From Escherichia coli (GTDB lineage Bacteria; Pseudomonadota; Gammaproteobacteria; Enterobacterales; Enterobacteriaceae): a DNA stretch of 64,000 nucleotides. Shown piece after piece: positions 58,326 through 64,000 of the stretch. Made by a program: the position numbers and the translations under genes. Location: assembly GCF_001677475.2 (NCBI RefSeq), contig NZ_CP015229.1; one strand, 5' to 3'. The notes under the pieces are model-generated. The model did no database searches and was not told the origin of the DNA. It saw only the letters and a program-made list of their open reading frames with translations. How positions within the stretch are numbered: position 1 is the stretch's first letter; every line of letters starts with the position of its first letter.

Positions 58326-58541
58326 CTAATATCGTAAGAGTTCATCATCATCAATCTCGCCTTTGTCGTTTGTAAGCTGGCTAATTGCATTGTTAACCCT
58401 ATTGTCTATCACGCTGGCAACATCATAAAACGCCTCACGGCCTTTACGTTCAACGGGAGTCACTCCCCACTTGTCGAATGCTGTAGCACTTACCCGGCAG
58501 CTTTGCGCCATGGTTTTTTTGTTCATCAGGTGCGATTTCAT
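58326..58541 (-). pseudogene. Nu1-type terminase small subunit, N-terminal winged-HTH part (truncated at the IS junction)
   Basis: (MKSHL)MNKKTMAQSCRVSATAFDKWGVTPVERKGREAFYDVASVIDNRV... compared with lambda Nu1 MEVNKKQLADIFGASIRTIQNWQEQGMPVLRGGGKGNEVLYDSAAVIKWY (recalled). It lies about 150 nt downstream of cosN, as in lambda. The reading frame hits a TAG exactly at the IS end. Confidence 0.75.
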
Positions 58542-58559
58542 CAATATCCCAACTTGGTC

Positions 58560-58718
58560 AAGGTTTCAGGTTGGTGTGTTGGTGTTATCTTTCCCTTTTT
58601 ATTCATGGAGATAGAGCAAACAACAAAACCACCACCACCCCCCTGAAAAAGCTCATAAATAGCGAAAAACCGCGAGGTCGCCGCCCCGTAACGGGTCCAT
58701 ATGCCGGAAAGGACCCGT
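58560..58718 (-). other. Lambda-type cos site: cosQ-like and cosN core (58651-58718) plus a divergent cosB-side region (58560-58650)
   Basis: Minus strand reads ttACGGGTCCTTTCCGGcatatggacccGTTACG GGGCGGCGACCT CGCGGtTTTTCGCTATTTATGAgc.... Capitals match the lambda right end ...ACGGGTCCTTTCCGGTGATCCGACAGGTTACG and the left end GGGCGGCGACCTCGCGGGTTTTCGCTATTTATGAAAA as I recall them. The 12-nt cohesive-end sequence lies at 58675-58686. Confidence 0.85.
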
Positions 58719-58742
58719 AAAAAAAGCCGGATTTCTCCGGCC
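58719..58742 (-). terminator. Intrinsic terminator ending the capsid operon, immediately upstream of cos
   Basis: Minus strand reads gccgga-gaaa-tccggc followed by ttttttt. A near-identical hairpin recurs at 61002-61017. Confidence 0.85.
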
Positions 58743-58747
58743 TTGTC

Positions 58748-59161
58748 TCAGATGGTTTTCAGTATGCGATCGATGTCGCCATCATCGCCCGGGTTTCTGC
58801 CAGCGTATGCCATACCAGCTGATACGGCTTTCGGGCTGTGCATGTCCATAAAGTTTTCAAAGGCTGCGGTAAGCTCTGGTGCAACCTTCTGGCGTTCCTG
58901 CTCTATGGTCATGCTAAGGATGCTTTTAGCCGTACCAACATCGATACAAGGCACGTTTGCCATTGCACGTAACAGCGGCTGATAGTCGCCAGATTCATCA
59001 AGCGCCATAATCGCATCAGAGCGCGGCTTGTCCTTCTCTTCCAGGCTGTTAAGTTGATATACGGCCTCGTAGGTTGATAAACCTCTGTCAGCCATTGCCC
59101 GCGCTTCGGCCTTAAATTTACTCGCCAGCGGTAGCGTCATGATGCTTTCATTCGTTGCCAT
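58748..59161 (-). CDS. Hypothetical 137-aa protein, last gene of the capsid block
   Basis: The ORF has a GAGGGA Shine-Dalgarno 12 nt after the gpD-like stop. I recognise no family. It is acidic with helical character. Confidence 0.6.
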   Translation of the reverse strand: MATNESIMTLPLASKFKAEARAMADRGLSTYEAVYQLNSLEEKDKPRSDAIMALDESGDYQPLLRAMANVPCIDVGTAKSILSMTIEQERQKVAPELTAAFENFMDMHSPKAVSAGMAYAGRNPGDDGDIDRILKTI

Positions 59162-59173
59162 CGTTCCCTCTGC

Positions 59174-59509
59174 TTATCGGGCCAGTGGCTGAACGGATAC
59201 GCCAGAACCCGCAAAGGCGGCGCATTTTTTCGCATCGGTGTCGACGCTCTCAGGCCAGTTAACGGCGGCGATATTAAATATCCCCGTCTTATAGCACTGT
59301 GCTGATTTCTGCGTCGACGTGTCAACGGGGTACGAGGTCAGATAAACAGCCTTGCCAGATTCCTGACCATCCCACGGCTTAAACTCGCCATTTTCCGCCA
59401 GCATCAGCGGGGTAAATTCCTGAATAACTCCAGCATCAGCGGCAAAATGTACCAGCGTCGTGGATACCTGCTGACTGCCTGCAAATAACTCAATGTATGG
59501 AGTGTTCAT
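59174..59509 (-). CDS. Head decoration protein, lambda gpD-like
   Basis: 111 aa. Shared motifs with lambda gpD (recalled): TPLML, WDG, YK(S/T)G.F, WPE, AFAG..(I/V)S(I/V). GGGGGA Shine-Dalgarno. Confidence 0.8.
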   Translation of the reverse strand: MNTPYIELFAGSQQVSTTLVHFAADAGVIQEFTPLMLAENGEFKPWDGQESGKAVYLTSYPVDTSTQKSAQCYKTGIFNIAAVNWPESVDTDAKKCAAFAGSGVSVQPLAR

Positions 59510-59520
59510 AGAATCCCCCG

Positions 59521-60576
59521 TTAAGCAATTTTGACGGTAACAAATTTGCGAATATCTGCCGGTACCGGCTGCGGTGCGCTGTGCGTCTGCACGTACTCAA
59601 TCGCCGGATCGCCATCCTCAATCCAGTTTTTCGGGTAGTACATGTTTTGCGTTGCGCCAGTTCTTACCGCTTCCGGATCCATAATCGCACCATAGGCCAC
59701 CAGCCCTTTATTGTTAGTGTTGCCCAGGACAAGCAAATCAGGCTCAAGGAAATATTTTTCGGTGCCATCGCTGTCGGTGTATTTGCCGGAATAGACGATA
59801 AGGGCCAGATCACCCAGATAGCCTTTAAAGCTCACCACTTCGCCCAGGTTTTTACAGGCCAGCTCTGCGGCGGATTCTGAACCACGGGAAAGATCGTACA
59901 GTTCACGGAATTTTTTAAAGCTGCGTAACGTGCGCCATACCTCAGCGCCCATAATCATGACGTTGGCGGGGCAACCAGCCTGATCGGTGTATAGTTCGAT
60001 GTCATAGATTGGATCGTGTGTTTCCTTATCTGCCTCAGACCACTTTTTGCCCGATCCCTGCGTAATGATGTTTTTAGTCGGGATTTTCCAGTCGATTTCG
60101 TATCTATTTATTCCTTCGCCCTCAATGATGTTTTTTCCGGTCGTGACCGCATTCACCGCCAGCCATTCTATGCGAGCTTTAATAGCGTTTACCTGGCGGC
60201 GCATGTTGCCAGTAATCAGGCGCATACGGCGATAAGTTGGATCGTTAAGCTGTGCCGGATCTTCTCCAGCCATGCGCATGATGGTTTTTGATGGATCGAT
60301 TTCGTGTTTTGGTTTCATATAGCCAGGGCGGATAGTGCTTGTTTCGTACCCTTTATCGCGCTGAACCTGACTCCCCACCATAGGCGAACAAAAAGCCGAC
60401 ATGGTGACTTCTTCAATATCCAGGGTATCTAACATGATGTCCTGCGTGTTGAAGGTTGCCACGTTCGGGAAAAACAGCGACGTAAACAGCGGACTGAATT
60501 TAAATTCCGAAATATCCCCACGATTCAGGTACGCGAAAAGCTGGTTAGTGTTAAGTGCCGTTGCTTTGCCTGTCAT
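59521..60576 (-). CDS. Major capsid protein, lambda gpE family
   Basis: 351 aa. FKFSPLFTSLFF vs lambda FKFDPLFLRLFF; PGYMKPKHEIDP vs PGYVKPKHEVNP; DPTYRRMRLI vs DPAYRRRRII; YPKNWIEDGDPA vs YPKNWVTTGDPA (lambda recalled from memory). Confidence 0.9.
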   Translation of the reverse strand: MTGKATALNTNQLFAYLNRGDISEFKFSPLFTSLFFPNVATFNTQDIMLDTLDIEEVTMSAFCSPMVGSQVQRDKGYETSTIRPGYMKPKHEIDPSKTIMRMAGEDPAQLNDPTYRRMRLITGNMRRQVNAIKARIEWLAVNAVTTGKNIIEGEGINRYEIDWKIPTKNIITQGSGKKWSEADKETHDPIYDIELYTDQAGCPANVMIMGAEVWRTLRSFKKFRELYDLSRGSESAAELACKNLGEVVSFKGYLGDLALIVYSGKYTDSDGTEKYFLEPDLLVLGNTNNKGLVAYGAIMDPEAVRTGATQNMYYPKNWIEDGDPAIEYVQTHSAPQPVPADIRKFVTVKIA

Positions 60577-60782
60577 TATTCACCCCCATGAGTCTGATTC
60601 ATGCCCAGCGCCGCGCGTAAATAGGCGCGTACCTGCCAGCCTGTTGACGGCTCAACCATCGCCAGCGGCTCAAGTCCTGCCGCAATGCCTGCTTTTACGT
60701 TCTGCTGGTGGCGTTCCTTGAGCGCCTCCACGATGTCTGGGCTTATGTAAACTGTCACCCCGCCTTTTTTCTCTTCTGCCAT
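60576..60782 (-). CDS. Hypothetical 68-aa protein, first gene of the capsid block
   Basis: MAEEKKGGVTVYISPDIVEALKERHQQNVK... from the ATG at 60782 with a GAGGAA Shine-Dalgarno. Its stop overlaps the capsid ATG (TAATG). The track ORF starts 11 codons earlier. Confidence 0.55.
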   Translation of the reverse strand: MAEEKKGGVTVYISPDIVEALKERHQQNVKAGIAAGLEPLAMVEPSTGWQVRAYLRAALGMNQTHGGE

Positions 60783-60810
60783 AGTCGGAAATTCCTCTTT
60801 GACGTTAAAA

Positions 60811-60846
60811 ATCACAACTGGATGTTCATCCAGTTGTGATTATAAT
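60811..60846 (-). promoter_or_regulatory. 30-bp perfect palindrome (operator candidate) abutting a symmetric GATTATAATC -10 element
   Basis: atcacaactggatg-tt-catccagttgtgat (60811-60840), with TATAAT readable on both strands at 60839-60846. It lies about 30-60 nt upstream of the first capsid-block gene. Confidence 0.6.
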
Positions 60847-60950
60847 CATGATTTCATTTTACGCAATAATGTTGAGTTGTGTTGCAAATTGTGAAATGAT
60901 TTCCGGCAACAGTAGTCACCATACTGTTAGATAAAAGCCTCATATGCAAA

Positions 60951-60988
60951 AGCCCGATAAGACCCTCTGACCTTATCGGGCTTTTTTT
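60951..60988 (+). terminator. Strong hairpin plus T7, oriented for the plus strand
   Basis: agcccgataag-accctctgac-cttatcgggct followed by ttttttt. No annotated plus-strand gene lies upstream. Confidence 0.6.
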
Positions 60989-60995
60989 GGGGCAT

Positions 60996-61017
60996 AAAAA
61001 AGCCGGACTTCTCCGGC
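60996..61017 (-). terminator. Intrinsic terminator after ssb
   Basis: Minus strand reads gccgga-gaag-tccggc followed by tttttt. Confidence 0.8.
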
Positions 61018-61033
61018 TTCTGTTACTCGTTGC

Positions 61034-61456
61034 TTAAAACGGTATGTTATCCCCGTACGGATCATCGTTACCCGCCTGTTGTTTTGCCCTGTTCAGTGCG
61101 TCAGTAGCCTGCCCTTGCTGGCCTTTTTTGCCGCCCGGTCGCGCCGTTCTCGCACTGATTACGCTGTCTGCGATAACCTGCCAGCCCTGCCGCGTTTCGC
61201 CGTTCTGGCCTGTCCACTGGCTTACCTGCATGTTACCCGCCACGCTCACCAGTTCGCCTTTGTGGTGTTTTGCCAGTGCGTCGGCCTGTCTGCCAAACGC
61301 CAGGACGGATAACCACATCGTCGCCGTTCCGTCATCTGCCTGGCTGCACGGAAGGGGGACCGCCATACTAGCCATCGTCATTTGTGTACCCTTGCTGGTG
61401 GTCTTTAACTGCGGGTCAGCCACCAGCCGCCCGTAAGCCGCTATCTGTGCTGTCAT
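61034..61456 (-). CDS. ssb: Single-stranded DNA-binding protein
   Basis: 140 aa. OB-fold N-terminus, G/Q-rich linker and an acidic C-terminal tip DDPYGDNIPF (compare the E. coli SSB tip DDDIPF). Confidence 0.88.
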   Translation of the reverse strand: MTAQIAAYGRLVADPQLKTTSKGTQMTMASMAVPLPCSQADDGTATMWLSVLAFGRQADALAKHHKGELVSVAGNMQVSQWTGQNGETRQGWQVIADSVISARTARPGGKKGQQGQATDALNRAKQQAGNDDPYGDNIPF

Positions 61457-61698
61457 GCTGTCTGCTCTCCGGTTTTAACGTTGATGGTTGTCACCTGTTC
61501 CGCTTCGGCAATCTCCCGTTCTGTCAGCGTGGCAAAGTTTGCAGCTGCCGTTGTCATGAATGCGCTAATCAGTTCGGGATGTGCTTTCGCATATCCTTCC
61601 CCGGCGTTGCGGTCGATGATTTTTATCGACACCCTTAACCAGTGTTCCGTCAAATCAAGGGCGTGCGATTGTGATTTTTTTGTGTGCTTCGCTGTCAT
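61453..61698 (-). CDS. Hypothetical 81-aa protein between ori and ssb
   Basis: The ORF overlaps the ssb start by 4 nt. I recognise no family. Confidence 0.5.
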   Translation of the reverse strand: MTAKHTKKSQSHALDLTEHWLRVSIKIIDRNAGEGYAKAHPELISAFMTTAAANFATLTEREIAEAEQVTTINVKTGEQTA

Positions 61699-61743
61699 AG
61701 GCTTTATCTCACAGCAGTAAATTAAAATTTTTGCGTTTTAACC

Positions 61744-61972
61744 CTTCACCTGTTCACCTTTTGATATTTTCCATTTAAATTCATACTGTTAAGGGGTGAA
61801 CAGTTTCACAAAAACTATTCACCAACTGTTCACCACTGTTCACCCTTGAAGCTCAATAAACAACCAAAAAGGTGAACAGTGAATAGTTTGGTGAATAGTT
61901 CATAAATAACTGTTCACCCTATAATATACTGATATAAAAGATATTTATGACAGGGTGAACAGTGGTGAACAG
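61744..61972. repeat. Iteron field / candidate replication origin
   Basis: GGTGAACAG or its complement CTGTTCACC occurs at 61750, 61795, 61826, 61836, 61871, 61910, 61954 and 61964. The variant GGTGAATAG/CTATTCACC occurs at 61815, 61878 and 61890. AT-rich spacers lie at 61759-61790 and 61919-61950. The field sits directly 3' of the primase-helicase gene. Confidence 0.8.
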
Positions 61973-61985
61973 TTATTCCATAAGT

Positions 61986-63803
61986 TTAATTTTTGCTATC
62001 GTCATTAGTGACTGATACACATGATGGCATCCAGTCTTCTGATTCCTCCGTCAGTGTCACGTTTGAACGTAAACCGTGCTTCGTTTTCCGTTTTATATAC
62101 TCCCTGCCATATTCCGCCATTGCCCCAGGCATATCTTTACCGAAGCGCGTCAGTGTTACAGGTTTACCAAACCCATGAGCCCTCATATAAGCCAGATAGG
62201 CATGATAGAGATACCTGCGCGGGCTGAATGGCACAATTTCAGCATTACCCACTAACAGGCCATCACACATTACCGACGCCATGAGATAGCCGCAGAAGTC
62301 CACCAGCGAATCCCCCTCTCGCTTTATCGCCAGTGCTTCTTCAGATTTCTGCTGCTCATATAACAGGCGTCTGGCTTCGTCCTGGTCAGCAAACCTTGTA
62401 AGCAGATGGCGAATCACTACCGCCAGCTCACCTTCTATTTTTTCCGCCAGCATCGGATCGCGTTCGTTCTCCGGTACAACTTCCGAAAAATTGAATATCA
62501 CCCGACGACGTGAGATCCCCCCGCTGCGGTCACTGAATGACATGGCGTTATTGTTAACCGCCAGCACTACTGCCGGAATACGCGTTGAGTAGGGGGCTTT
62601 GTGTTTCGGGTCAATTGCCACCTTGTCACCGCCTGTAATGGCCTTAATTCCTGCCCCATCACCAGCGTAGCGGGTCATATCCGGCATGATAATCAGCGAA
62701 AAGCCAACCACTAACGCGCGTTCCCTTGCATCTTCCAGCGCCTTCATGCTTGCCGATACTGTGTTGGCCTTACCCGCCAGCATGGTGCAAATCTCCGCCA
62801 TCACGCTTTTACCACTTCCCCCTGGACCTGTTACCTCAATGAATAACTGCCAGTCGTACCGGTTCGCCAGCACCATGAATAATGCAGCCAGTACGCGATC
62901 CGCCTTGCGGTCATTCTCAGCCACCGAACGGCGTAACCACTTCCAGAAATTCGGCGCATGTGTTGCCAGCGTTTCCCCCTCTGCTGGTGGGCTGAAAGGT
63001 AATTCACTGGCAATTAACAACCAGTCGTTTTTGTTATGCTCCCGAAAATTACCTGTTCTGGTATCAAATACCCCGTTACTGAATCCAATCAGGTTACGGG
63101 CTGTATTCCCCATTACAGGCAAACTTAACTTCATGGTATCGACCGCCGATTTAATGGCGTTCTGCGAATAGCTGATCTCCGCATCAATGAAAATCTGCGC
63201 CATAGCACGCTGTAACTCTTTATCCTGAACCGGCTCCCATACAACGCCGTTGTAATGGTGAACAGTGTCAGAGTCAGCATGAATCGCCAGTTCACCGCCA
63301 TAATGTGCCAGGAGAACTTCGCCGCGTTGACTTGCTCCCATCTGGTTAAGCGCCAGTGATGAAGCGTTATCGTCTTTTACCCGCTCTTTTTTCTTTACAG
63401 GCAGTTCAACTACCTTTTTCTTTTCCGCCAGCTCTGCCCGTTCACGTTCCAGATATTCGCGCCAGTTCTCCCGTTTCTGGCTGTGCATTCCTTCAGGATA
63501 ATAATCAGCATCCCTGACACCTGCCGCTGCCAGTTTCTGCCCGATGGTATTAACAAGCCCCGGACGCAATAACCCCGCCTGGTAGAGACGCACACGATAG
63601 CGTCCGTCCGGTACGATTTGCAGGTTGTCCAGTTCGGCAAGTTGTTGCTCTCCAAGCCAGACAGGAGGCACGTTATCGCCAGCCAGTCGCCCGTCCTGTT
63701 CCTGCCACTGCTTCGCATGTGCCCACGCATCACTACCCGCAAAAATGATGACTTCCGTCATTTTGTCACGTGGCTGGTGTTTTAAATTTGGCGCTTTTTT
63801 CAT
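61986..63803 (-). CDS. P4/D5-type primase-helicase (N-terminal primase-like region, D5_N, SF3 helicase)
   Basis: About 605 aa from the ATG at 63803 (MKKAPNLKHQ...), Walker A GPGGSGKS, Walker B-like SLIIMPD. The ATGA overlap with the upstream small ORF supports this start. Confidence 0.88.
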   Translation of the reverse strand: MKKAPNLKHQPRDKMTEVIIFAGSDAWAHAKQWQEQDGRLAGDNVPPVWLGEQQLAELDNLQIVPDGRYRVRLYQAGLLRPGLVNTIGQKLAAAGVRDADYYPEGMHSQKRENWREYLERERAELAEKKKVVELPVKKKERVKDDNASSLALNQMGASQRGEVLLAHYGGELAIHADSDTVHHYNGVVWEPVQDKELQRAMAQIFIDAEISYSQNAIKSAVDTMKLSLPVMGNTARNLIGFSNGVFDTRTGNFREHNKNDWLLIASELPFSPPAEGETLATHAPNFWKWLRRSVAENDRKADRVLAALFMVLANRYDWQLFIEVTGPGGSGKSVMAEICTMLAGKANTVSASMKALEDARERALVVGFSLIIMPDMTRYAGDGAGIKAITGGDKVAIDPKHKAPYSTRIPAVVLAVNNNAMSFSDRSGGISRRRVIFNFSEVVPENERDPMLAEKIEGELAVVIRHLLTRFADQDEARRLLYEQQKSEEALAIKREGDSLVDFCGYLMASVMCDGLLVGNAEIVPFSPRRYLYHAYLAYMRAHGFGKPVTLTRFGKDMPGAMAEYGREYIKRKTKHGLRSNVTLTEESEDWMPSCVSVTNDDSKN

Positions 63804-63988
63804 TTCTGCTCTCTCCACGCGGCAATCATGTTTTTCAGTTCCTGTAGTTTTTTATCAACATCCATACATGACACATGGTTATTTCTGGAAGGCGGGATTT
63901 CCCGCCGGAATCTGCAAATAAAGATCTCCACGTTCAGCGAGCTATGAAATGAATAGCCATCACGAATAAAATACACACGGTCAAACAT
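63800..63988 (-). CDS. Hypothetical 62-aa protein translationally coupled to the primase-helicase
   Basis: ORF MFDRVYFIRDGYSFHSSLNVEIFI...KKLQELKNMIAAWREQK. Its stop overlaps the primase ATG. Confidence 0.45.
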   Translation of the reverse strand: MFDRVYFIRDGYSFHSSLNVEIFICRFRREIPPSRNNHVSCMDVDKKLQELKNMIAAWREQK

Positions 63989-64000
63989 TATCGATTTTAC

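Noticed and set aside
61744-61972. Possibility that the short repeats are a CRISPR array
   Set aside because: The units are only 9 bp, occur in both orientations and have irregular 1-35 bp spacing. No cas genes are present. The position next to a helicase fits iterons.
54552-64000. Interpretation as an ordinary decayed lambdoid prophage
   Set aside because: The gene order (primase-helicase, iterons, ssb, E, D, cos, Nu1) cannot be derived from the lambda map by simple deletion. The replication module is of P4/PICI type, and cos directly follows head genes instead of lysis genes. This remains the main alternative until the sequence beyond 64000 is seen.

Overview
E. coli-type chromosomal segment. 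Positions 1-54551 are collinear with the K-12 region ygiQ-ftsP-plsC-parC ... qseBC ... parE ... tolC ... ribB ... hldE-glnE ... cca-uppP-folB-plsY-ttdRABT-tsaD-rpsU-dnaG-rpoD-mug-ileX. This part holds about 50 recognisable core genes, an FMN riboswitch, one ibs/Sib type I toxin-antitoxin module, REP elements and many intrinsic terminators. It departs from the K-12 layout, as I recall that layout, in five ways. (1) A 7.2-kb iron-uptake islet lies between ygiN and parE: a TonB-dependent receptor, a FecBCDE-type ABC importer and an RpiR/SIS regulator, which fits the published fit locus. (2) There is no mqsRA between ygiS and ygiV. (3) There is no ygiZ between qseC and mdaB. (4) There is no ygiL-yqiGHI fimbrial operon between yqiC and glgS. 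(5) There is one ibs/sib copy rather than two. The most interesting part runs from the 3' end of tRNA-Ile2 (ileX, 54551) to the window end. It is an accessory island that I read as a compact, now damaged, lambda-dependent phage satellite. It carries a P4/D5-type primase-helicase, an adjacent 9-bp iteron origin, an SSB, homologues of lambda gpE (major capsid) and gpD (decoration), and a cos site. The cosQ/cosN core of that cos site is nearly identical to lambda while its cosB side is different. It also carries a Nu1-type small terminase gene whose DNA-binding half has diverged while its C-terminal half stays lambda-like. No portal, protease, large terminase, tail or lysis genes are present in the window. 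The terS gene is split by an IS21-family element and carries a further frameshift. A strongly expressed-looking 47-codon hydrophobic ORF (candidate type I toxin or small membrane peptide) and a hairpin-dense non-coding stretch lie between ileX and the satellite genes. No integrase is visible in the window.
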